Source of the DNA: Balanoglossus misakiensis
Taxonomy: Eukaryota > Animalia > Hemichordata
Length of the DNA stretch: 64,000 bases
Direction of reading: 5' to 3'
NCBI GenBank assembly: GCA_040954595.2
Contig: CM082596.2
Span: 6,956,791-7,020,790 of the forward strand
Part shown: positions 1-13,460 of the stretch, piece by piece
Position numbering within the stretch: position 1 is the first letter of the stretch
Layout: each line of letters starts with the position of its first letter
Translations under genes and position numbers: made by a program
The notes under the pieces: generated by a model
The model's input: only the letters and a program-made list of their open reading frames with translations
Database searches by the model: none
What the model was told of the DNA's origin: nothing

Positions 1-492
1 TCCAGTGTTTTCAATAGCAATGCTGGCCCTTTATACCGGGAAATAGGGGTGAAATATATCACAGCTGCCATAAGTGTTTGCCAAGTAATGTTTCCAAAAA
101 CAAGAGTGTCTCATGAATGGCGTTTGCCATGGGTTTTACTGGTGTCATGAATAATGTGAAGATAGTTGAGCTGGTTATGTGTAATTGTAAACTGTAATCA
201 AGCTGGGCATTTACAAGATTAATTTCCATGTCAACTGATATGACAAGATGGTGTTTCTCTGTACATGATGCACTCAACACATTCATATCTCCTGGCAGAT
301 AAATAAACTATTTATTTAATACATTTTAAAGAAAAACCATTTTCAATATTTCATTGGTATGAACATGAAAGGTCATAGTTTACATGTTCACAAGTTTAAA
401 AGCAGTAAGTGTCTTCATGGGAAATCTATAAGAATGGACGTTTAAATCTGTACTGGCCACGGACCCTTGTTCCAGTTGACGCCCTCTGCAGT

Positions 493-3412
493 TCACCTCC
501 TTATCGCACGCATTTTGTAATGTTTGGGTTGCAAGGTCAGATTGACCTGGCCCTCCAGATCCGGAAGTGGGCATTCCCTGTCGGGCTCCAGACTGTAGTT
601 TTGCAGCACAGAGGTGAACATCAGGAACAGTTCCATTTTAGCCAGTTGTTCTCCAATGCAGTTGCGAGGCCCTGGAAAAGTGATAGAAAGAGTTGTTAGA
701 ATTTCAGAAAATGCCGAATATCCGCGAATCAACTGAAGACTGTTAATTGACCATATGTACTTGTTCATTCACCAAGAAACAACCAACAAAAATATAAATG
801 TATGGTGGTCGCGCTTTTTCATATGCAGCCCCTAAACTGTGGAACGCACTACCTCTTGACGTCAGGGAAACTTCAAACCAAGAAAAGTAAAAACTCGCAT
901 GTTCACTGGAGCATACAGAACATACGGTTTACATTTGTTTGGGATTTTGGCACTATATATAAACTTTCTTAATTGATTGTTTCATATTGTCTGTGAAAGT
1001 TTGAGTTGCGTGAAGTACAGAAGTGCTGTAATTTATTATGATTCAGGCAGTTTTCAATATGTTTCATAATGACCGCATTCAACATTACTGATAAGATTCA
1101 TAAAAGTAGGTAAACCAAGGCAAAAGTATCTGCACCCCAAGGCTCGCTAACAATTGACTCATTAACTTGTTCATCTAATTTAGTCACCATTGTACTTATC
1201 ATTAGTACATGTGGTTTTAGCTGCTTGAAAATCAGGGAACATTCTCTTCTCTCACCTAGCCATGTAAAGTGTCTGTTTGGATAAAAATAGTTGCTGTACA
1301 CAGGTACTCACTGTATTGATTTTACTGATTATGTACATTGTTTATTCAGATCATGTTGGCAATAATGTATATTGTGCTTGAGACCAATATTTCTATCCTA
1401 TTAATATTAACTTGTCTACACATTCCTGTTATTGTCTGATAGTCAGTTGATGCTGTTAGTATTGCCCCTTGGATGTAAAAGCACGAAAATATTGCAAAAA
1501 GTGTTATACAGTGAGAATTAAATGAGTGTCTTATGTGGTAACATGCATTTTTAACCCTTTGTGCACAATATAAGTCAGAATTATTTATCAATCTTCAACT
1601 TTCTGACTCACATTAAATTGAAAATACACATCATTATGCAGGTTATGAGACTTTACCTGTACCAAAAGGGATGAACACCTCTGGCTTGACGACTTTGTCC
1701 TGCGAGTCAAGAAAGCGTGTGGGATCAAATGTCTCAGGATTTGACCACGACTCCGGATCGCGAAGAATGCTCCAAAGATTGGGCAACACCATGGTGTCTT
1801 TGGGGACGTCGTAACCGTACAACTGAGTGTCGTTGACGGTCCAGCGGGGCACGGAGAGCGGTACGGTGCTGGCCAGGCGCAAGACCTCGGTTACGGCGGC
1901 GTCCGTGTACGGCAGGTTGGGCCGGTCGGACATCTCCGGAAACCGGTCCCGCCCGACGACGCGGTCGATCTCCTCCTGGACTTTGAGCTGTACGCCCGGG
2001 TTCTTCATCATGTACAGCCAGGCCCACATCAAGGTGGTGGCAGTGGTCTCGGTGCCCGCCGCGAACATGTCCAGGATCAGACTGTAGACGTAGTAGTACT
2101 CGAACGGCAGGCCTTTGCGACGCACGGCTCGGGGCGACGTCTTCAGTTCTTCACTCTCCCACTCCTTGGTCACGCTCAGGAACACATCTACGAAGTCTCG
2201 CACGTTTTCAGGGTCGTAGGTTTCATCGTGTTCTTTTATGAACGGCTCAAATACGCCGTACACCACTCGGTTATGGCGCAGGTTCGCTCCGCCAAGCACG
2301 AGGTCGCACAGTTTCCCCGCGCCGGAGTTCATGAAGCTCAGCCCCAGGTAGAAGGTGCCAAGCTTGAACAGGCTCTCCAGAGCAGCCAGGCATTCCCTGA
2401 ATTTGGCATCGGAGTACTCAAAGCGGTTCCCCATCGTGACCGAGCAAATGACATTAGACACGGCGTTTGACACCGTCTGCGCGGGATCGAATGGACGGCC
2501 TTCGCATTCTTCAAACTCTACGAGCAGATACTTGCATTCTTCTGCGATTCTCCTCTCCATCGACGACTTGCCCATTCCGAAGGAGCGCAGGTAGCTGAGT
2601 AAGAGCCGTCGTTTGAATTTCCACTTTGGTCCATTTGCAAGCACCACTCCTAAGATTAGAAAGTACAAGACGAAACAGCAGAGAGTTTTGTTATTATTGC
2701 CACTGGTGTAGGTGCTGACACAGACATTGCCGACTTTGATAAAAAAAAGGACTATGTACAATTTGTCATGATGATACAGTTAGATTATTTTTGTATAGAA
2801 ATGGTTCATAACTCAGTAAATTAGTAACCCAGTTTCGTGTTATAATTTGCATATGTTAGAGAAATGTGCAGGAGCAGGTAGACCAGTCTAGGTTACAGCA
2901 TCTATGTACCTGTCTACACCTGTTAAGGAAACTGACCAATCAGCACCCTTACGCACCTTAATAGCTATCTAAAACACACTGGTATGGAGACCAGGCAATT
3001 AGCCCATCCACCCCTGCTGGACTACTTTTTTTACAAGACCGGAGGGGGGGGGGTAGGAGGGGGATTCCTTACCGTTATCGAGAGTTCCGATTTTCAAATC
3101 AGAGAAAATGGGCCTACCGATGAAATCGTCGGCGTTGCGGACGAGAGCCTCCCGGACCGCGTCGTAGCTGTTCAGCACCAGCACCAACTGCGACCCCAGG
3201 CGTATCGTGAACACGTCGCCATACTTGGCGGCCAGATCGCGCAGTGTGTGCAGCGGCCGTTTCGTGGCCATGGTCAAAAGGTTGCCTAGAAACGGTACAC
3301 AGGGTGGTCCGGGTGGCAGGTTGCGGCGCTTGGTCCGCAATCGCCGGAGGAACCAGTACGTTGCAATGAACACGGCCGCAGCCACGAGAACGGTTCTGAA
3401 ATCTACATCCAT
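493..3412 (-). CDS. Cytochrome P450, CYP2 clan (CYP2J/2U1-like), 3 coding exons, 503 aa
   Basis: Exons 3412-3073, 2649-1657 and 671-493 join via GT-AG phase-1 introns to 1512 nt in frame. Motifs: N-terminal TM anchor plus PPGPPCVPFLGNL hinge, C-helix WKFKRR, I-helix AGTETT, K-helix EVLR, FDPTRF (PERF variant), heme motif PFGTG|PRNCIG. Subfamily not resolvable without phylogeny. Confidence 0.93.
730..1042 (+). mobile_element. 3' fragment of an L2/CR1-type LINE in CYP intron 2
   Basis: 798-890 translates MYGGRAFSYAAPKLWNALPLDVRETS, then a frameshifted VKTRMFTGAY. This matches the G.RAFS.AAP.LWN.LP..IR...LKT.LF C-terminal motif of L2/CR1 ORF2. Boundaries approximate. Confidence 0.75.
2879..2998. 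mobile_element. Degenerate relative of the TAG..CTA hairpin element at 47556
   Basis: Begins TAGACCAGT and ends TATCTAAAACACACTGGTATGGAGACCAGGCAA, similar to the ends of 47556-47636. No TSD visible. Confidence 0.4.
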
Positions 3413-4022
3413 TACTTCCTGTATCGTGTTCCTTTCGCGAGTAAACAGATTACGTACTGATTGTCGCGTACATGTGAACGCGTCTGGCGTGACCCCGCCT
3501 GATCAAGGTCGCTATACCATAATATTATTTTCACAATTAGCCAATCGCCGATCGGGTTACGTCAGACTGCCATCGTGTATATTTTTGCAAACAGCATTCA
3601 ATTACCTGTAATACTCATTGGTATGTGGATGTTTTTTTCTGCTGGGGTAATTAACAAATTGGACTGTCTTTCTTTAGAGATACAATAAAATAAGATTGAT
3701 TTTAAAATGCAGGTTTATTTGTTTTAATAGTTACATTTCATAAACCATAAATAGTGAAGAAATAAGAGATTTTTCTTCAGTCTTTTGTACCTTCTTTGTC
3801 TAAATTGGTGAAATGAACACAAAAATAGCACATGTGGCTGTCAAGTCTAATATTACATATCATACAGAACCTAAAAATCTTTATAATTATAGTGCGAGAG
3901 CAGATGTATGATTTTGTGACTTCATCTTTTGCTTCAACAGAACCAGTCAAATGTATGGAGTGTTCTGAACTTTTTCCAATCATTTAATAAAAATAAAATG
4001 GGTTAAAGCTGACTTCTCAGTA

Positions 4023-7000
4023 CTATCTCTTGGTGAATTTTTTGTCCAGGGCTGCCGGCGTCCTCTGAAGGGAGTTTATTTTGCTCTTGATTCTGTGTTC
4101 CACGGATACTGAAGCTGGCAGTTTGAGGGGTCTGGGAAGCAAAGAAGAACAATATTAGTTAAGAACAACACTGAAAAACGTAGCATCAGGGGCAGGCTAA
4201 GTTTGGTATTGAGAATGCTATTTGGACAAAATCTTGTCAAGTCCAGCATGCACCCCATACTTGTACAGAGGTGATATGTGCAACTGCATATTCACTGTTG
4301 ACTTGCAGTCGGACCTGTAAATTTCAGGATTCAGAGAAAAATTCACAGTCCCATCATTCAAGTGGACTTACTGTAAGAATTCAGCATCTTTAGATTTCTT
4401 CTTCTCAAGTTCCTTTTCTTTCTCCTCTTCACTCTGTCACGAGAGAAAATACAGTGTTTGAGGACATGGTGTGAATAGAACACCACAGAGAGATCACTAG
4501 AAATGCACATGGACTTGGTGTTTAATCATTACCTTAAACTGCTGTACCCTGTGCTTTCGCTGTTCGTCTCTCCATTTGGCATTGTCCATCATTTCTCTTC
4601 TCCTTCTCTCCATCTCCTCCGGGTCGGCCTTCCTGCAGTGCACAAATAAACAGCAAAACATTAATGTCATCACTGAAACACAACAGAAAGCATTTGTTGA
4701 GCCCTGCTTAAGGACGTGGATTGGCCCACGGCAAAAAAAACAACACACAGCAAAAATGTCAAATTTATCCAAGTTATCATTGTAAATTTAGATTATGCTA
4801 GATTCTGTATACTACAGACACCATAGGGACTGACAAGCAGATTGTTCAGTTTACAGAGGTGTTCGGTTTACAGAGGTCAGGTTCTTTTAACATGTGGTTC
4901 TATGTGAAAGGGACTGGAAAAGGTGTTTGGTATATAGACAAGACATGTTTTACTGTACATCTGAAAGTTGAAGGAAGACGTCCAGTATGCTTACTTTTTC
5001 GTCTGCTGCAGTCGACGTTGCGGTGACCTGCTTCTGGACCTTCTCTGATGCCTCTGCACTGGAGATCTTGATCTGCTGCGATGTCTCTGGGGTGAGCGCG
5101 GTCTTCTGCTGGGAGACGGTGAGCGGCCCCTGCCCCTCCCTCTGACTGGCGAGCGACTCCGTGACCTCCGACTGTGCCTGTCTCGCCGGCGTTCTTCCCT
5201 GTCGCCGTGATCGTCGGAGACTCTCTCGCCATTTCTGTCACCGTACCTGTCACTGTGTTTGCTGCCGTTTCGGTCGCTGTGTCCATCAGTCAGCCTTTCG
5301 CCGTATTTGTCGCTGTGCCTGTCTGTGGATCTGTCATGGTGTCTGTCATCTCTGTCCTGCCCTGATGACCGTCTCTGCCTCGTGCTGTCTCTGTCACTAT
5401 GTCTGCTCCTATGTCTGTCACCATGAGAGTCACCCCTTTTACTATAGTCAGTGTCTTGTCTCTCTTCACCTCTCCCCCTACTGTGTCTCTCGTCCCTTCC
5501 ACTTGGTGACCTCTCTCTTTCTCTGTGTCTGTCTTTGGTCTGAAAAGAAAGTCATATATTAGAACTGTCTTATACATGTATCATAGAGGTCGCATATCCC
5601 ACAGATATTTTTTTAATGTGAATTCTAAAACACTGACATGTTTGCTGAGAAAATCAGGCATGTATGAAAACAACATTAAAGAATACGAACTCAGGCTGAA
5701 AAGATTGCTTGTAGAGTGCTGTCAAGTATGTTAAATTTTATCGAGTCTGTACACTCTTGTCATCCAATGTACTTACAATAAGACCGTATCCATCTGGTCG
5801 ACGGACTTTGTCAGGTGAATGCTTCTCATCAGACGAAGAACTTCTTCGCTTTTTAAGACCGTGTCTTCTATCGTAATGGTCTTCATCATCACTGCTGTCT
5901 TGGTGGGACCTTTTGTGTTTCTTGTCTTTTTTCTTCTTCTTTTTCTTCTCTTTCTTTCCAAGATTTTTCCTCAGCTGACAGAACAAGAAAGACATATTGT
6001 ATTAGGCTTATTTCCATCTTTCCTAGATGGTTAAGAGCGAGAGAGATTATGGATCTGATCCATGGATTTACGGATTTTTTCTACGTGAACAACATTGTTC
6101 ACAAGAGACATACATAGAACAAAGCTGACTGACAAATGTTGTGTACATGCTGAGGAATTTGACACAATTAGCTCACCATTTCTTGTAACTGTTTCATTTT
6201 AACCGGGTTGTTGAGCAGATCCTTCTTGCTTTGCTCTTCACGTTTTCTGCAAGGTAGCGATTGAATAGTCAGTTATGTAAAATACAAATAAAAAATGTTT
6301 TCAATTGATCTTGGATCATCTTGGATGAAACACTGCTAGAGGTTTACACATGGCCGACAGTTGGCTGTAATGGATTGCTATCTACAAAGCTATACCAACT
6401 CGCGCTATACAACTGCACAGAAGATGTGGAGATAGTACAAGCATGATTCTTGACTTACTTGATCGCAAAGAGGGGATCCTCGCGGACCTTTGTTGCCATG
6501 TCAACGGCCATACTGACCGCAGAACCTTCAAAGAGCGCCCCCACGCTGGCGGATTTATCCTCCTCCTCCCCGTTTTCGGTCTTGCCGCTGTTGACGTCCA
6601 AGATAGCCTTGTCGACGGGTTTGCCCAGAAGGTAGTCTTCCCGGTTGACCATGCCTCCCAGACCCGAATACATCCAGTCCAGCTTGTCTTTCTTTTTGCT
6701 GTAGTGAGAGAGAGGACAGAGTTCCTCTTAGTACAGACATCAACTTATTGCATTCAGACCTTCCACTGTGCTAAGGTTTACATGCACGTCTGCCCATACT
6801 GTAGTGCAATACATGTAAACTTTCTCACCGTGGATAAAAATGATATATGAATGTTTTCAAATGATATAACTAAGCAGTAGCACAGAACAATTTCCTGTCT
6901 GTCCAGCTGTGCAAGAGCTCTGCAGAACTATGAAAATATATGCTGGCCAGTTCTTGCCATCAGGGTTGTCTGAGCTCATCACATGATCTGATGGTGCTGG

Positions 7001-7902
7001 GGCACCAGTCATCAATTTTCCAACAGCCGTCACCACAACCAGTTTGGTACGATCCTTTGGTTTTCAATGGTCGAGTTGGACTCATGTATGAGTAAACAGG
7101 AGTGACATGGTGTATTTCTACTCTAGTGACAGTGGCTGCCTCACCCTACTGCTCCGCTGTCCTCTGCATATCTTTGAATCTCTTCCCTGGCCCGCTCCTC
7201 GGCCAGTTCCTTCTGGAGTTCCTCGATTTTCTTCTGTTCTGCAGCATGGTTCTCTTCCTTCTTCCACACCCGCTCTATGTTGCGCATAGTCTGCGGGTGC
7301 CAACTCTTTTTCATGTTCTGTGTACGCAAGAACATGAGAGAATAACATGACTTAGTGAATATTGTCAACTAAAATTCAAATTTAAAAATGTTTGCTGGAT
7401 ATTTTTATTTTTAGTACTAGTACAATTGTAGATTATTCTTTAGCCAGTGTTCATGGTACCGAACCGAGAGAAAACCAAAATACAAACCGCTGGTGAGTCA
7501 CTTATTTAGAAAACAGCATTAATGAAGTAAAATATGTACATCACAACTTTAATTATATTGTACATTGTACATATTGGAACATTTATACAAAGTTGTACAT
7601 ACAATGCTGATCAAAACAAGTTTCTATTGAGTCTGGTCATGATGAAGAGTTGATCCAATGTGTTTAATAACCAAATTTCGAGGTAAATTCGTTTTATTCT
7701 TCAATTTTGGGGTATGATATCACACAATAGGGGTAAAATCACTCATTGTGATGCGTCTGATCTTTAGCTTCATCGTTTGTGGAGGAGTTGCAGTGCATTG
7801 CATTGTGACTCACTTCCGCGTTGTCAATGATCATACATACATCGCAATTTTGCGACTAAGACAAGTTGTAAAAACAATACTCACCAGATCTCCTCCTCCC
7901 AT
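4023..7902 (-). CDS. CWC25: Pre-mRNA splicing factor CWC25, copy 1, 9 coding exons, 504 aa
   Basis: Exons 7902-7885, 7317-7145, 6698-6459, 6246-6177, 5974-5777, 5539-4995, 4632-4533, 4433-4372 and 4131-4023 are all GT-AG and phase-consistent (1515 nt). Protein: MGGGDL|NMKKSWHPQTMRNIERVWK, LDWMY, VNREDYLLGK, KVREDPLFAIK, LLNNPVKMK, MMDNAKWR, C-terminus NSLQRTPAALDKKFTKR. Start context GCCACCATGG; AATAAA (minus) at 3714-3719. Confidence 0.95.
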
Positions 7903-8643
7903 GGTGGCTGGATGTTCCCGTTCTGGCGATAAATATAAATTACGAGGATAGTGTGTATGTGATGGGAGGCACTAGGGTATGTTTCACGACAAACGTCAAT
8001 GAAACAAACACAAGTCGTGTGTGGTTCACAAGCAGCTCCGAAATCGACTCGTCAACATCGGTCGTTCCCTGTGGCTGAACGCGGTCCCTTTACGGACAAT
8101 CACTTAGTCAAGACTTGTCTTCATGAGAAGAATGAAAACCACGACTGTTCCGTCCTTCCAGCTGTGTTGCCAGGGATTCCCCTCCGCTTCCGTAAACGAT
8201 CGACGACAACACAACGACGCAGTACAACACGGACAACGATAGAGTACACACAAGTTAGTGACGTTTTTCTCTGAGTCAAAGGTCAAAGGTTGCAAGGAGA
8301 AACCATTGCAAACAGGTGGCGGTTTACTTTGAATATCACCATAAAACAATATTTTTTTAAGTTCGGATGCTTAAATCAAAATAAAAATGAAATAATTTAG
8401 ATTTGAGTCGTTCATGAAACTTGGTATGATATGTTTGTTGGTGTTATTGCTGCTTGTTGCTATTTGTGAAATTTGACCACGTGTCTGAGCGAAGCCCCTA
8501 GCTGCTGAGTGATTGGACACTCAGCAATTTTGAGGTCAAGTAAATGAACAAACTGCGCTTGAAAAGCACACAGCATATTGAGGGACGTGAAATATAAGTG
8601 GCGAGGCGTATAGAGAGCAGTATCCTTGGAGACTTATTTCAAA
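7903..8643. promoter_or_regulatory. Probable bidirectional promoter/5'UTRs of CWC25 and DAP (copy 1)
   Basis: Divergent ATGs separated by 741 bp; CpG-rich; E-box CACGTG at 8478 and inverted CCAAT at 8512. Confidence 0.6.
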
Positions 8644-11030
8644 ATGTCGTCAGTTCCAGAGGACCCAAATCTGAAAGGTGGCCACGCACCTGCAGGTGAG
8701 AAAATGAGGTTTATGTGTCGGTCGGTCGGTGAACCAGGTCAGAACAAAAAAAGCAGCTGGCTGCGTCGTGCATGACGTCGACAGCGTGGCGTAGATTCGT
8801 GTCAATAAAACACACGCGTGCAACTGCATTTAAGAGTGTGGTAGATGGACTTTTGTATCGCGTAAGACACGACCTCGTCTGGCGCAGTTATAAGATAAAT
8901 GCCCAACTGCAGCGAGCACTTGAAGATTCGCATATGCAACCATATTGGACGAAGGGGGGGGGGGGGGCAACAACATCTGGACGTTTCCTGCAACCATGAC
9001 CACGCCTACATGTACAACCACAGTAGGATGGAGAATAAAGTACAATTAATTTTACATAAGTTGTCAAATTTCTGCATTTTCTGGACAAAATGCGAAGTGC
9101 AGCTAAATTAATGTTGAGTAGTATTTTGAATATTTTGTTCTCGTTTCCTAAATCTCTAGGTGAGATGTTTGTTTCAAATCATAAATGGGACAATGACGCA
9201 GTTTTCACTCTGTCCACAAGATAACGGGACCATGTCAATTGGCATGGTCCAGATAAAGAACGAATGGCGGCCACGTACGATTTAGCATTTTTTTGCTGTT
9301 CGAAGGTTACTCAAGGTTGTGACCTTATAGGGTCAGCCATGACCATCCTTTGTGATGCAAAATAGTTGCACAAGTAAATGAACTAACATATGGCCATGTT
9401 CATTGGCATTAATTTTAAAAAGTGGGTTCTTCAGAGTGCATGGGCATCTATTCAACAATGGCAGCCTGTTTAATAGGTGAAGATTAACCTTTGAACCTCT
9501 GAGATTATAACACATTGTTCTTTAACTGTAGCCTAGGGCCACACAAGAACAAAGAAAGGCACTGACCACCAGTCATGTGACCTTATCAGAAACAGCATTG
9601 TAAAACTTAAAGCATATATTTTAGGAGTTTTTGGTGGGAATAACGCAATTGACCCACATCTTGTTCATTCCCTGACATCTCGAGACAGAGAGAACGATGA
9701 CGTCTACATGTATGATTTGTAGAGTTCAGTTTACGACATACACATGCTATAGCCATTATGAAACCATGCTAAATTTAGCTTTTCCCTTTACAGCTTTTTT
9801 AGCTGAATATTCCTCAGCCCTGTAATTTATGAAGAAATAAGTACCCTGGGCCAGTTAATATAATTTCTTTCTAATTCATTTTTCAATTTATTCCAAATCT
9901 TCCTTGCATTGCACTTAATCAGATAGGGACAGAAATTCCGAATTCAGGTACATCTCTAATGAAGTTTTAATACAGGTTTTTTTGTAAGAGGCGCGAATAT
10001 TGGGACCTTAAAATCAATGGTCAATAAACTGGCAAATACTGTTTAGTTATTGACATGAGCTAAAAATAGTCAAGGACATTTTAATGTTATTATGTAATCT
10101 TCTTTCACTTGCCAATAGAGATCTACATGTAGATGTTGATGTACATTTAACGTGTAGTCTGGCTCATATGCTAATACCTTGATTTTTACTGGTAAAGAAA
10201 AATCATGGCTTTTAATGAATAAAATAAAAAAAAAATATCATGGAATGTCTGCACCCCTTGATAACTAATGTAAGGTAAAGAGCTCTGATTTGAATACTTT
10301 ATATGCAGAATTAGCCAATACTGGGCCAACCCATCACTAGCCCAGTGTTTTTAGCAAATCACATTACTTTATTTGATTTCTCTCTCTCTCTGTTTGATTC
10401 ACAGTGAAAGCTGGTGGCATGAGAATAACGCAGAGTAAACATGCGCATCCCGAGAAACCAGAAAAACTCACCAAAGAAGAGATTGAGGAATATGGCGAAC
10501 CTTCAAGGTATTAGTGCTGATTTTGCAGTGAGATTGATATGCTGAGTGAATGCTGGTGTTATAATAACTTTATGAACAAAAGTCACTCCCGAATTACCAC
10601 TCTGTTTATTGTTTTTGACAGCTGCATTTAAAAGACTAGGAAACTATTGCAGTGCACATCCTAGAAATACTATTTTAAACACTGTTTGTGAGTTGCATAT
10701 ACAAGACCCGTCGCTCAATTACACTGCTATTCCAGTCACCAGATTCGCAATGGGTGTGTACCATTCATGTTTGGCTTTAGACAGGTCTTCATTGTATTTT
10801 CCCAACCCGGCAATATCAAAACGCATATCACAGAGAGATAACATGTGCCTTCCTTCTTCTCTTGCAGTCCCCCGAAAACCTCCGTCGTCGTGTCAGGAGC
10901 GGTGACTAAAGGAGACCGGGACTTCACGCCGGATGCGGTCAAAGTGTCGCACGAGAAGCCCGTTCCCAAACACGACAGCAAGAATCCACCCGTCAAACCC
11001 ACTATGCACATTCAGCAACCTCGCAAGTAG
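8644..11030 (+). CDS. DAP: Death-associated protein 1 (DAP1), copy 1, 3 coding exons, 105 aa
   Basis: Exons 8644-8695, 10405-10507 and 10868-11030 (318 nt, GT-AG). MSSVPEDPNLKGGHAPAVKAGGMRI...SPPK...SGAVTKGDRDF...HIQQPRK* carries the DAP family motifs. Confidence 0.95.
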
Positions 11031-11219
11031 GATGCGGCCGTAGAAAACCATTGGTCGACAATTTCAACACCAGCTGACGCAGAGTAAAAAAAAAGGGAAA
11101 TTTCATGTTGTTGAGGAAAGTGGTTGTGTCTTTTCTGATTTTTTGAGCTGCAAATAAGAATGGCAGCTATATGTACTTTTGGCTCTGAACTATTCTTCAG
11201 TAATGACTGCAGCTCATCT

Positions 11220-11351
11220 TTCTCTCTCTCTCTCTCATTCTCTCTCTCTCTCTCTCATTCTCTCTCTCATTCTCTCTCTCTCTCATCCTCTCTCTCTCTC
11301 TCTCTCATTCCCTCTCTCTCTCTCTCACACACACACACAACACACACACAC
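11220..11351. repeat. Compound (CT)n/(CA)n microsatellite in DAP 3' region
   Basis: Direct reading. Confidence 0.9.
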
Positions 11352-13460
11352 ATAGTTTGCAATCTGGCATTGTAACTCACCGATTTCAGGAAAAAAAAAA
11401 CTGCCAGTAATACCGTAAACAATTCATTTTTGCTGCAAACAGTCCCACCTTGGTAAAGCCTGCCTCCACAAGCTTGAAGAGCGACCTCTCTAGGCTGTTA
11501 AACAGATCACATTTTTTCTTGGAGATAAACAACTCCTACCACTTTCCTAACAACATGAAACGTTTCTTTTTTTTTTCTCAGCAACGAAATATTCCACTTT
11601 TAATAACACGCTGTAAAATTTTAAAATATGTCGTGAGTTTGTAGAAACCGTCTGAAATATGGTGTGTGTCTGTGTTGGAATTCAGTGAAGCCAGATATAC
11701 AGAAATTTGAGATTGCAGTCACCTAAAAGGAGACCTTGATATAACCACAGATGGCTCATGTTCACCTTCATTATCTTAGAATTATCGAAAAAAAATACAA
11801 ATACCACAAAATCAAACAAAAGAATCATGCTGAAGTATTGTTTTCCCACGGGTCTTCCCGGAATAAACGTCGTTGAATTATTTTCACATTTCTGAAATCA
11901 AGTCGATTTTCCTCATTGCCTTCAAGTTGAGATGCGATTGTTCCACAAAGGTGATTTCTGCACAGGTGCACACATTACATGGTAAACTGATTTGCCGGTG
12001 GGCCTGAAAGTCATTAAAAGTTGGGGGGAAAATCGTGGCTAAAATTATCAGGGGGTTAAATTTATTGTATGTACAGGCAGATACACTCATGATTGTATGT
12101 TTTCTAATTTCTACAATACACTGAGTGTCAGAAGTATATAAGCATTCCAATCAAAGACAATTTTCAGTTCTTCTGTGTTGCTTACATCCAATTCGATGTC
12201 ATCTTCCAGATTGTTTACTTTTTCAGTTTAAAATGTTGGTAGATATGCACACATGCACATACACCCATGTACACACACAGTCCCACACACACTCTCTCTT
12301 CTTTCAATCACAGACCAGCAAAGCAAACTTCAAACGAATCACAGTTGTGGCAATCAAATTGTGACTACTCAAAATCAAAACAATATATTATAAGCATACA
12401 ATGTTTAAACTTACACAGATTTACAATTAATATATCACAGAACCAGACAATTCCGGAAAACCAATATTTATAACTACTTATAGATCTATTTCTATTGCTA
12501 GGTAAAATAGACGGGGCAATATAAATTTATAGTTTAAAACTAATATATTTTGAAGTAGCTTTTCCTGGCATGTCATTGCAGTTACTCGCCATTTCAAATG
12601 GTTCAGGCTCATTACGTTGTGTTTCCAATTTTTGAACAGGGCTCATCTCTGTCTCAGTATGTTCTCTTGCATATAAATGCCAAAAACAAAACTCAACTCA
12701 GTGTATAGGTCTGTATTACCCAGGTTTTCTTCAGTTAAGGGTTTCTCTTGTTACTTCATGTGGTGTGATACTTTCGGACACCTTTTCGGATCAAGTGGTG
12801 CTGTTTGCGTCTTGTGGGCAGGACTGATTGATCATCAGGGTTGGTGGTCACGCATGCTTACACCACAGCCTGTAGTTCCATGTACACAGCAGCACACATG
12901 CAGTCTGCAATTGTTGAAATTCAAAATTCAACCAAACGTTTTCATACTAAAATGAAAGACTTTGGTATCTGCCCTTTCTTGAGTTGTATTGTTCATTTTT
13001 TCCTTTTAGAAATGTGATTTACTTTCATGTTATTTCCGTAAATTTCTGTCGTCCTGATTGGAGACAACTTTTCTTTCAAGAGTTGCACTTAACCCTGAGT
13101 AAATCAATGAAGGAACGAACTCAAGGCACCAAGTGGAATATATGTTGGTCTTTAAGACAATAAAGATATTGGTGATGTTGAACACCATGAAGTGTGTGAG
13201 TATTGATTATTCATTCTGAATTTGTGTGTGTGTGTGTGTGTGTGTGCATGTATGCAGGAATGTATGAGTGTTGGGGATATACCACTAGTCTATTTGCATT
13301 TGTAAAACCTGTCTAAACCAAACCCTGCTTAACGTGGAGCCCTATCAAGTCACTTATCACTCAACCAAGAACAAAATATTTGTTCTATAAAAAAGACTAA
13401 ATTTAAGATAAAAATGTCATTCAATGGAAAAGCATTCTTTAAATGGGCAAAGTCGTTTTA

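Noticed and set aside
1734-3611. Antisense and alternative-frame ORFs over CYP exons, and likewise over CWC25 and ANKRD33 exons
   Set aside because: Shadows of GC-rich coding exons with no independent motifs.
4800-4957. MITE-like remnant ending TTTTACTGTA in a CWC25 intron (similar pieces near 9910 and 13300)
   Set aside because: Only one putative terminus, with no matching TIR or TSD.
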